Assembly: GCA_041169265.1 (NCBI GenBank)
Contig: JBEEJJ010000001.1
Coordinates: 1-37,908, forward strand
Direction: 5' to 3'
Length of the DNA stretch: 37,908 nucleotides
Source of the DNA: Actinomycetota bacterium
GTDB lineage: Bacteria; Actinomycetota; Actinomycetes; Actinomycetales; Microbacteriaceae
Positions 20,030-27,311 of the stretch are shown here, one piece after another. The translations under genes were made by a program, and so were the position numbers. Position 1 is the stretch's first letter. Each line of letters begins with the position of its first letter. The notes below the pieces were generated by a model. It saw only the letters and a program-made list of their open reading frames with translations. It was not told the origin of the DNA and searched no databases.

Positions 20030-20584
20030 CTAGCCCTGCGGAAAGACGGACTCCCAGCCCTTGGCAAGTTCCTCACGAACTTCGCCAAGCAGTTTTGGCA
20101 GCGCCTTGGTCTCGGCGATGATCGGAAAGAAATTGGCATCGTTTCGCCATCTGGGCACGATGTGCTGATGCAGGTGCCCAGCTATGCCAGCTCCTGCAAC
20201 TTCGCCCTGATTCATTCCGATATTGAAACCGTGTGAATGCGAGACCGTCTTGAGCACTCGCATCGCCTGTTGGGTCAGTTCTGCAATCTCGGTTACTTCT
20301 TCAACGGTTGCCTTGTCATAGGTGTCTACATGCCGATATGGGCAAACCAGAAGGTGGCCAGAGTTATAAGGGAAAAGATTGAGGATCACATAGGCATGCT
20401 CGCCTCTGCGCACGATCAAGGACTCCTCGTCCAACCTCTGCGGACCAAGACAAAACGGGCACTCTTCCTCGGCAGGTTGTTGCCCGGTCTGGATGTATAC
20501 AAGGCGGTGCGGAGTCCAGAGTCGTTGAAACGCGTCAGGAGTCGCCGCAAAATCTGCGGAGTCTTCTAGCTCTCGTTCGCTCAC
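20030..20584 (-). CDS. HIT-family protein (Ap4A phosphorylase-like)
   Basis: Motifs [30 protein letters not shown] and [10 protein letters not shown] (HxHxQ-like HIT motif); ATGA overlap with thrS. Confidence 0.92.
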   Translation of the reverse strand: MSERELEDSADFAATPDAFQRLWTPHRLVYIQTGQQPAEEECPFCLGPQRLDEESLIVRRGEHAYVILNLFPYNSGHLLVCPYRHVDTYDKATVEEVTEIAELTQQAMRVLKTVSHSHGFNIGMNQGEVAGAGIAGHLHQHIVPRWRNDANFFPIIAETKALPKLLGEVREELAKGWESVFPQG

Positions 20585-22581
20585 ACCTGAACCTTCTCAG
20601 CAATAGCCTTGAGGATTCGGTCGATTGCGTCTGCCACAGGTACGCCGTTTTCTTGGCTGCCGTCCCTAAAACGGAACGAAACCGCGTTTGCGTCGCGATC
20701 CTCTCCGCCAGCGATCAACATGAACGGCACCTTGTCCTTGGTGTGATTTCTGATCTTCTTCGGGAATCGATCGTCCGAAACATCCAGGGATGCGCGCACG
20801 CCCTTTGCCTTCAACGCTTTGATCACTCCATCGAGATAGTCATTGAACTCGTCGGCGACGGGGATGCCAACCACCTGCACTGGTGCAAGCCATGGTGGGA
20901 AGATTCCTGCGTAGTGTTCGGTCAGCACGCCGAAGAAGCGCTCGATTGAGCCAAACAGTGCGCGGTGAATCATGACCGGGCGCTTTCGAGTTCCGTCGCT
21001 AGCCGTGTATTCGAGGTCGAAACGTTCTGGCAAGTTGAAGTCGAGCTGAATCGTCGACATTTGCCAGGTTCGACCAATCGCATCTTTGGCCTGCACGGAA
21101 ATCTTCGGCCCATAGAACGCAGCGCCGCCTGGGTCTGGAACGAGTTTCAGACCAGATTCGGTAGCTACCTTCTCAAGCGTATTGGTTGCCAGGGTCCAGA
21201 TGGCGTCGTCACCGACGAACTTTGGGTTGCCTTCTTCCTTGGTCGAGAGTTCGAGATAGAAATCGTTCAGACCGTAATCGCGAAGCAGATCGAGCACGAA
21301 TTTCAGCACGTTCTGCAACTCGGTTTCGATGTCCTCCTGAGTGACGAAGAGGTGGGCATCGTCCTGTGTGAATCCGCGTGCGCGGGTGAGTCCATGAACA
21401 ACACCCGATTTTTCGTAACGGTACACGGTGCCGAACTCGAACATTCTCAGAGGGAGATCACGGTAGCTTCGTCCCTGCGACTTGAAAATCAAAACGTGGA
21501 ACGGGCAGTTCATCGGCTTCAGGTAGTAGTCCTGGCCTTGCTTGCGAATCTCACCGTTCTCGTCACGCTCTTCGTCCATCTGAAGAGGTGGATACATTCC
21601 CTCGGCATACCACTGGAGGTGTCCGGAGGTTTCGAACAGGTGCGACTTGGTTACGTGAGGCGAATAGACGAAGTCATAGCCGGCTTCTTCGTGACGTTGC
21701 CTTGAATAATCCTCCATGGTTTTGCGGATGATTCCGCCCTTGGGGTGGAACACTGCGAGTCCGCTTCCCACTTCTTCTGGAAACGAAAACAGATCAAGCT
21801 CTGCACCGAGACGACGGTGATCGCGCTTCGCAGCTTCTTCTAGCCGATCGAGGTGGGCGCGTAGCTCGTCTTTCGATGGCCAAGCCGTTCCGTAGATGCG
21901 TTGGAGCTGCTTGTTCTTTTCGTTTCCACGCCAATATGCAGCGGCTGAACGCATCAGGGAGAAGGCGTTCCCAATCATCCTGGTGTTGGGAAGGTGCGGA
22001 CCCCGGCACAAGTCTTTCCAAGCAACTTCCCCGGTCTGCGGGTTCACGTTGTCATAAATCGTTAGTTCCCCAGCACCAACCTCGGCTGCACCATCGCCAA
22101 CCGAATCGCTGCCCTTGAGGCCGATCAGCTCTAGCTTGTAAGGCTCATTTGCCAGTTCGACTCGCGCGGCCTCATCGTTTGTAATGCGTCGCACAAAGCG
22201 CTGGCCGCTTCGAATGATGCGGTCCATCTCCTTTTCGAGGGCCCGCAGATCCTCTGGAGTAAAGGGGTTTTCAACGTCAAAGTCGTAGTAGAAGCCATCC
22301 GTGATCGGTGGGCCGATTCCGAGTTTGGCTTCCGGGTTAATTCGTTGAACCGCCTGGGCCAGAACGTGTGCAGAACTGTGACGAAGGATGTTGAGTCCGT
22401 CTGGAGAGTCGATCTCGACACCCTCAACGCTGTCGCCTCCTGCAGGTTTGTGAGCCAGGTCTTTGAGTTCGCCGTTTACACGCAAAGCGACGATGGTTTT
22501 TGAAGTGAACAGCGCGAACCCGTCGGCTCCGGCTTCAATCTCGGTGCTTTGCCCGTCAACGGTTACATGGATGCTGGTCAT
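20581..22581 (-). CDS. thrS: threonine--tRNA ligase
   Basis: Motifs [45 protein letters not shown] and [11 protein letters not shown]. Confidence 0.99.
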   Translation of the reverse strand: MTSIHVTVDGQSTEIEAGADGFALFTSKTIVALRVNGELKDLAHKPAGGDSVEGVEIDSPDGLNILRHSSAHVLAQAVQRINPEAKLGIGPPITDGFYYDFDVENPFTPEDLRALEKEMDRIIRSGQRFVRRITNDEAARVELANEPYKLELIGLKGSDSVGDGAAEVGAGELTIYDNVNPQTGEVAWKDLCRGPHLPNTRMIGNAFSLMRSAAAYWRGNEKNKQLQRIYGTAWPSKDELRAHLDRLEEAAKRDHRRLGAELDLFSFPEEVGSGLAVFHPKGGIIRKTMEDYSRQRHEEAGYDFVYSPHVTKSHLFETSGHLQWYAEGMYPPLQMDEERDENGEIRKQGQDYYLKPMNCPFHVLIFKSQGRSYRDLPLRMFEFGTVYRYEKSGVVHGLTRARGFTQDDAHLFVTQEDIETELQNVLKFVLDLLRDYGLNDFYLELSTKEEGNPKFVGDDAIWTLATNTLEKVATESGLKLVPDPGGAAFYGPKISVQAKDAIGRTWQMSTIQLDFNLPERFDLEYTASDGTRKRPVMIHRALFGSIERFFGVLTEHYAGIFPPWLAPVQVVGIPVADEFNDYLDGVIKALKAKGVRASLDVSDDRFPKKIRNHTKDKVPFMLIAGGEDRDANAVSFRFRDGSQENGVPVADAIDRILKAIAEKVQV

Positions 22582-22603
22582 TTCAACATTCTATCTAGCC
22601 GAC

Positions 22604-22622
22604 TTAGGTGTGCCTTGCTAGC
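22604..22622. promoter_or_regulatory. candidate DtxR/IdeR-type iron box
   Basis: TTAGGTGTGCCTTGCTAGC matches 12 of 19 positions of TWAGGTWAGSCTWACCTWA and lies directly upstream of a VIT1/CCC1 gene. Confidence 0.45.
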
Positions 22623-22654
22623 CAGTGCCACTAATGGCGGTTTAGTGTGATGCC

Positions 22655-23401
22655 ATGACCAAAGCCAAGCGATCAGAGCACGACATCGAAAACTCGATCA
22701 TCTCGACCGAAGAATTCAAGAAAAACACTATGGCCGCTCGGCTCAACTGGCTTCGGGCTGGAGTGCTCGGAGCGAACGATGGAATCATGTCCACCTCCGG
22801 CCTCATTCTCGGTGTGGCCGGTGCAACAACCGACAAGACACAGATTCTCGTCGCGGGCGTCGCCGCTGTTGTCGCGGGTTCGATTTCGATGGCCGGTGGT
22901 GAATACACCTCGGTTAGCGCTCAGAAAGACTCGGAGAAGGCTGCACTCGAGGTTGAACGCAAAGAACTTCGCGAGAATCCAGAAGGCGAACTCCGCGAGC
23001 TCCAGTGGTTCTATGAGCAAAAAGGAATGAGTCCCGAACTCGCCGGTCAAGTTGCTAAGGAACTCACGGCGAAGGATGCCCTCAAGGCCCACGCCGAGGC
23101 CGAGCTTGGCATTGACTCGGATCATCACGTTTCACCCGGACAGGCGGCGTTGTCTAGTTTCGTTGCATTCGCCGCGGGTGGAATGCTTCCGTTGCTGGCG
23201 TCGATCGCTGTTGATGATCCCGCGATTCGCATCTACCTGACAATCGGCGCCGTCGTCGCGGCACTTTCGCTCACCGGTTTTGTTGGGGCAAAAATCGGTG
23301 GGGCCACACCCGGACGAGGAATCGTTCGAAATCTCGTTGTCTCCATGCTCACCATGGGAGTTACCTACGCCATCGGTGCGCTCGTCGGCACGCAGCTCTA
23401 A
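22655..23401 (+). CDS. VIT1/CCC1 family Fe/Mn transporter
   Basis: Motifs LRAGVLGANDG, AGSISMAGGEY.SVSAQ, H...ELG and SSFVAF..GGMLPL. Confidence 0.95.
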   Translation: MTKAKRSEHDIENSIISTEEFKKNTMAARLNWLRAGVLGANDGIMSTSGLILGVAGATTDKTQILVAGVAAVVAGSISMAGGEYTSVSAQKDSEKAALEVERKELRENPEGELRELQWFYEQKGMSPELAGQVAKELTAKDALKAHAEAELGIDSDHHVSPGQAALSSFVAFAAGGMLPLLASIAVDDPAIRIYLTIGAVVAALSLTGFVGAKIGGATPGRGIVRNLVVSMLTMGVTYAIGALVGTQL

Positions 23402-23859
23402 TGGTCAATTCCGATCACTTTCAAGAGATCCTTCCAGGACTCCATTTGGGTGGAACTCCCCCTGTTTTCGATTTCGAAGTGAATCCAAGGGCAGAGTTCA
23501 CTAAATACGAGGGCATCGATTACGTTTTCACCTTTCACAAATCTTCATCCGCGGTAGTCGGTGGAACAGTCGAGATTCGCTATTTCTTCGAGGATGATTG
23601 GAACTTCGGTCTAGACCCGAAAGACGTTCCACAGCTGACTCGCCTCGTTGATCAGGCTTACTCTCTTTGGAAAGAGGGGAACCAAGTCTTGCTGCGGTGT
23701 CAAGGTGGCAAGAACCGCAGTGGTCTAGTTGCAGCATCGGTTTTGATGCGCGATGGTTTTTCCGCGGATGATGCGATTGAGCTCTTGAGACAGAGACGAA
23801 GCCAGGATGTCTTGTTCAACGAGCACTTTGTCGAGGCTCTTCGCGAGGGTGGGCTTTAA
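23401..23859 (+). CDS. small dual-specificity/PTP-like cysteine phosphatase
   Basis: EILPGLHLGG N-terminus, CX5R loop VLLRCQGGKNRSG, AIELLRQRR and N..FVE.L; TAATG overlap with VIT1. Confidence 0.85.
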   Translation: MVNSDHFQEILPGLHLGGTPPVFDFEVNPRAEFTKYEGIDYVFTFHKSSSAVVGGTVEIRYFFEDDWNFGLDPKDVPQLTRLVDQAYSLWKEGNQVLLRCQGGKNRSGLVAASVLMRDGFSADDAIELLRQRRSQDVLFNEHFVEALREGGL

Positions 23860-23862
23860 AGC

Positions 23863-23887
23863 AAAAAACTCGCTAACGCGAGTTGTT
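23863..23887 (-). terminator. intrinsic terminator of the tRNA operon (possibly bidirectional)
   Basis: Stem AACTCGC-taac-GCGAGTT (23867-23884). The flanking A run gives a U tract on the minus strand. Confidence 0.7.
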
Positions 23888-23906
23888 GGCTGCTTCGGTT
23901 GAACCG

Positions 23907-23981
23907 TGGTGGACGATACTGGGATCGAACCAGTGACCCCTTCCATGTCAAGGAAGTGCGCTACCGCTGCGCCAATCGTCC
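23907..23981 (-). tRNA. tRNA-Val(GAC), CCA encoded
   Basis: GGACGAT/ATCGTCC acceptor stem, CTTCC-TT GAC AT-GGAAG anticodon arm, GGTTCGATCC T-arm and ACCA end. Confidence 0.97.
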
Positions 23982-23996
23982 GGGTCTAAAGCTTTG

Positions 23997-24071
23997 AGGT
24001 GGAGACGGGATTTGAACCCGTGGTTTTACAGCTTTGCAGGCTGCTGCTTTGGGCCGCTCAGCCACTCCACC
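23997..24071 (-). tRNA. tRNA-Cys(GCA), no encoded CCA
   Basis: GGTGGAG/CTCCACC acceptor stem, U discriminator, GCAGC-CT GCA AA-GCTGT anticodon arm and ACGGG-TTCAAAT-CCCGT T-arm. Confidence 0.93.
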
Positions 24072-24098
24072 ATGTCCACGAGGCCACTGCCCGCTTCG

Positions 24099-24171
24099 AG
24101 CGGATGACGAGATTCGAACTCGCGACCCTCACCTTGGCAAGGTGATGCTCTACCAACTGAGCCACATCCGC
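24099..24171 (-). tRNA. tRNA-Gly(GCC), no encoded CCA
   Basis: GCGGATG/CATCCGC acceptor stem, TCACC-TT GCC AA-GGTGA anticodon arm and GCGAG-TTCGAAT-CTCGT T-arm. Confidence 0.97.
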
Positions 24172-24264
24172 ATTGTTCTTTCGAACGTTGAATACTCTAA
24201 CCCAGAACGCTTCGTTCACGCAAACTTCGCGATAGCACGGAGTGTTGGTAACCTATCTCCTACA

Positions 24265-24336
24265 GGGCGTATGGCGTAGTGGTAGCGCGCTTCCTTCACA
24301 CGGAAGAGGTCACTGGTTCGATCCCAGTTACGCCCA
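24265..24336 (+). tRNA. tRNA-Val(CAC), no encoded CCA
   Basis: GGGCGTA/TACGCCC acceptor stem, CTTCC-TT CAC AC-GGAAG anticodon arm and GGTTCGATCC; -10-like TAACCT upstream. Confidence 0.96.
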
Positions 24337-24337
24337 C

Positions 24338-24580
24338 GTGAACTTTAAAATCGGCGAAGACTCCATTTGGGAGTTCGTGCTTGCCGCGTTCTGGGTTTTC
24401 CTGGTCTTTGCAATATTCGCGGGCACGTTTCTCTTGTTCTTTGCGGCTCTTTTTGGCAACATTCGCGATCGTTGGCCGCATTATTCAAAGCAAGAGAAGA
24501 CTAAGGTGACCAGAAACCTGATCCTATTCTTTGGAACCATGGGTTTCTTGCTCTGGCTAGGAGCAGCAATAACTCTCTAA
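24338..24580 (+). CDS. hypothetical two-TM small membrane protein (~80 aa)
   Basis: Open frame filling the gap between the tRNA and amt, with two strongly hydrophobic segments separated by a basic loop. The GTG start is inferred. Confidence 0.6.
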   Translation: MNFKIGEDSIWEFVLAAFWVFLVFAIFAGTFLLFFAALFGNIRDRWPHYSKQEKTKVTRNLILFFGTMGFLLWLGAAITL

Positions 24581-24593
24581 ACAGGGTTGCTGG

Positions 24594-25871
24594 TTACGGC
24601 TTCCAACGCCAACGGGGATCAGTCTCGCTATACGCAGTTTCCCCATGCAGCACCAAGTCAACACCGGCGATCTCGTCGGTGCTCTTCACCCTGAAGCCGA
24701 TAGTTTTCTGAATGGCGAAAGCAATCAACCAGGATGATGCGAAAGCCCACGCGCCTACGACTAGCACGCCAATAGCCTGCTTGCCAAGTTGACCCCAACT
24801 GCCTGAATCAATCAGCCCTACGTTCGTGCCGACCAAGCCGATAGCCAGCGTTCCGACGATTCCACCTACGAGGTGGATTCCCACAACGTCTAGCGAGTCG
24901 TCGAATCCCAGAACCCATTTGAGCTCGACTGCGAAGGCACAAACCACGCCCACCACTGCACCCAAGGCGAGACTCCAAAGCGGTGTCAGGAATGCACACG
25001 AAGGCGTGATTGCCACCAGTCCAGCAATAGCTCCGGATGCTGCGCCGATGGCGGTTGGCTTTCCATGGCGGATGCGGTCATAGATTGACCATGTGATGAG
25101 GCCACCGACGGGAGCGACCAGGGTGTTCACGAAGGCCAGAGTTGCAACACCATCCGCCGCTAGCTCAGAGCCAGCGTTGAAGCCGAACCAACCAAACCAG
25201 AGAATTCCCGCGCCGATGAGAGTTAGCGGCACGTTGTGGGGCACGTTCATGCCCTTGCTAAAACCGAATCGTTTGCCAACCACAAGCGCGATAGCCAGGG
25301 CGCCAGCGCCCGAGGCCACCTCGACCGCAGTTCCGCCGGCGAAATCAAGCAGGCCAACATCCTTGACCAGCCAGCCACCGTCGGTGATTTGGCCGTTTTC
25401 GAGGGTGAAGTTGAATACCCATCCTGCTATTGGGAAGTAGGCGAATGTTGCCCACAGTGCCGCAAACACCATCCATGAACCAAATCTGGCACGGTCTGCA
25501 ATCGCGCCCGAAATGAGGGCAACCGTGATGATCGCGAATGTTCCTTGGAACCCTGCGAAGACGAGGTCGAAACCAGATCCAGTCTTGGCTGCGTTGAACA
25601 CGTCGGCGAGAAAGAGCTTGTTTGTATCTATGCCGAAGACGCCGTCGAACCCTACGAAGCCTGCTCCGCCTGCGCCACCGAATGACATCGCATAGCCATA
25701 GACGACCCAAAGAGTACCGACCAACGCAATCGATCCGAAAGACATCATCATCATTGACACGACGCTTGAAACGCGAACCAGTCCGCCATAGAAGAAGGCA
25801 AGGCCGGGTGTCATGAAGAGAACCATCGCCGAGCAGATGATCAAAAAGAACGTCGCGTTGTCGTGTTGCAT
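24594..25871 (-). CDS. amt: ammonium transporter, variant with Glu at the first twin-His position
   Basis: Motifs MTPGLAFFYGGLV, FQGTFA, DFAGGTAVE, WFGWFGFNAGS, GLVAITP, DDSLDVVGIH and HGETAY. Confidence 0.95.
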   Translation of the reverse strand: MQHDNATFFLIICSAMVLFMTPGLAFFYGGLVRVSSVVSMMMMSFGSIALVGTLWVVYGYAMSFGGAGGAGFVGFDGVFGIDTNKLFLADVFNAAKTGSGFDLVFAGFQGTFAIITVALISGAIADRARFGSWMVFAALWATFAYFPIAGWVFNFTLENGQITDGGWLVKDVGLLDFAGGTAVEVASGAGALAIALVVGKRFGFSKGMNVPHNVPLTLIGAGILWFGWFGFNAGSELAADGVATLAFVNTLVAPVGGLITWSIYDRIRHGKPTAIGAASGAIAGLVAITPSCAFLTPLWSLALGAVVGVVCAFAVELKWVLGFDDSLDVVGIHLVGGIVGTLAIGLVGTNVGLIDSGSWGQLGKQAIGVLVVGAWAFASSWLIAFAIQKTIGFRVKSTDEIAGVDLVLHGETAYSETDPRWRWKP

Positions 25872-25892
25872 CAGACTATTCTCGCTTAAAAC

Positions 25893-25923
25893 AAAAAGCG
25901 GGAGACGTTAGCCTCCCGCTTTT
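25893..25923 (-). terminator. intrinsic terminator between the two amt genes
   Basis: Inverted repeat AAAAGCGGGAG (25894-25904)/CTCCCGCTTTT (25913-25923), followed on the minus strand by TTTTTGTTTT. Confidence 0.85.
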
Positions 25924-25932
25924 CGCGAGTAT

Positions 25933-27201
25933 TTAGCCTCGGTCAGATCCGAACGCGTAGGCCTCTTCACCGTGGACTACGGTGTCGATACCGGCAATCT
26001 CATCTTCGGCCTTCACGCGGAATCCGATGGTCTTTTCGACTGCAAACCCGATGATCAGAGCTAGTACGAACGAGTAGACCAGAACCGCGCCTGCGCCCAG
26101 CGCCTGCATCGCGAGCTGGTGCCAGCCGAATCCGAATGCGGCACCGACGCCATTACCGAAGATACCGATGAAGAGAGTTCCAACGATTCCACCCACGAGG
26201 TGGATTCCCACTACGTCAAGCGAGTCGTCAAAACCTAGGGCGAACTTGAGGTCTACTGCCAGTGCGCAAAGTGCACCCGAGATCACTCCCAGGAGGATTG
26301 CATACATCGGGTCGACCGAAGCACACGCCGGAGTGATGGCCACCAAACCAGCTACCGCACCAGAAGCCGCGCCAATCGACGTCGCCTTGCCGTGCTTGAA
26401 GAACTCAACGATGATCCAGCCAAGCATGGCCGCAGCCGGTGCAGCCATGGTGTTGATGAAGGCGATTGAAGCGATTCCGTCAGCAGCGAGTTCAGAGCCA
26501 GCGTTGAAACCGAACCAGCCAAACCACAGAAGTGCAGCACCAAGCAAGGTAAGCGGCACGTTGTGCGGCTGTGTGATGCCCTTGCTGAAGCCGAATCGCT
26601 TGCCGAGAACAATGGCAAGCGCGAGACCTGCGGCACCTGCGTTAATGTGAACAGCCGTTCCACCGGCGAAGTCGATCACGCCTAGGCCATAGACGATCCA
26701 TCCACCGTCGGTGACCTTTCCGTCGGTAAGAGTGAAGTTGAATACCCAGTTAGCGACTGGGAAATAGACGATGGTTGCCCACAGACCAGCGAAAACCATC
26801 CAGGCACCGAACTTGGCTCGGTCAGCAATCGCACCCGAAATCAGTGCGACCGTGATGATTGCAAATGTCGCTTGGAAGGCCACAAAAGCCATCGACGGGA
26901 ACGCCCCGGTTGGAGCAGCCGCGTCGGCTACTTGCGCCGACAGCCCGATGAAGCTGGTGTCGATGCCAAACCAACCGTCGATTCCGAAGAATGTTTCACT
27001 ACCGGCGTTCGCAAACGAAATCGCGTAGCCGTAGATCACCCAAAGTACTCCGATGAGTCCCAGCGATCCAAAGCTGAGCATCATCATCGAAACGACGCTC
27101 TTGGCCTTGACCATACCGCCGTAGAAGAACGCCAATCCCGGCGTCATTAGAAGCACGAGCGCCGCACAAATCAGCACAAATGCGGTGTTACCTTGATCCA
27201 C
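25933..27201 (-). CDS. amtB: ammonium transporter AmtB, canonical twin-His
   Basis: Motifs DFAGGTAVHINAG, WFGWFGFNAGS, DDSLDVVGIH and HGEEAY; GTG 27201 preceded by GAGAGG. Confidence 0.97.
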   Translation of the reverse strand: MDQGNTAFVLICAALVLLMTPGLAFFYGGMVKAKSVVSMMMLSFGSLGLIGVLWVIYGYAISFANAGSETFFGIDGWFGIDTSFIGLSAQVADAAAPTGAFPSMAFVAFQATFAIITVALISGAIADRAKFGAWMVFAGLWATIVYFPVANWVFNFTLTDGKVTDGGWIVYGLGVIDFAGGTAVHINAGAAGLALAIVLGKRFGFSKGITQPHNVPLTLLGAALLWFGWFGFNAGSELAADGIASIAFINTMAAPAAAMLGWIIVEFFKHGKATSIGAASGAVAGLVAITPACASVDPMYAILLGVISGALCALAVDLKFALGFDDSLDVVGIHLVGGIVGTLFIGIFGNGVGAAFGFGWHQLAMQALGAGAVLVYSFVLALIIGFAVEKTIGFRVKAEDEIAGIDTVVHGEEAYAFGSDRG

Positions 27202-27270
27202 TTGTTTACCTCTCTCTAGAAAACAAATGCCCCCGCCTTTGCGGACATGAGTCAAGTAGAGCGAAACAAA

Positions 27271-27308
27271 GTTTCGAGAAGTAGCGTGTTTTGTTTCGTG
27301 TTTGTAAA
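27271..27308 (-). promoter_or_regulatory. candidate tandem GlnR boxes upstream of amtB
   Basis: Minus strand reads TTTAC-n6-GAAAC-n17-GAAAC. The GAAAC sites are exactly 22 bp apart, as in the actinobacterial gTnAc-n6-GaAAc-n6 repeat. Confidence 0.7.
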
Positions 27309-27311
27309 AAG

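Noticed and set aside
20965-21705. Long antisense or alternative-frame ORFs (e.g. 20965-21705, 2525-3133, 8186-8797, 28401-29132, 36364-36954)
   Set aside because: They lie opposite well-conserved genes, have no recognisable motifs, and are expected shadows of GC-biased codon usage.
22582-22654. T-box or riboswitch upstream of thrS
   Set aside because: There is no room, and the gene appears leaderless.
23907-24336. Inverted repeat between about 23920-23960 and 24285-24330 suggesting an att site or invertible element
   Set aside because: Explained by two divergent paralogous tRNA-Val genes; no recombinase nearby.
24242-24337. N-terminal extension of the 112-aa ORF through tRNA-Val(CAC)
   Set aside because: The extension is simply the translated tRNA and its promoter. 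The start was moved to GTG 24338.
23725-24481. ORFs 23725-23946, 24034-24279 and 24296-24481
   Set aside because: They overlap tRNA genes and are spurious translations.
27202-27255. Longer ORF-track starts for amtB (27255), and likewise aroE (1000), mltG (2025), cyclophilin (7994) and rel (12368)
   Set aside because: Downstream starts have SD sequences or coupling overlaps and fit family N-termini better.
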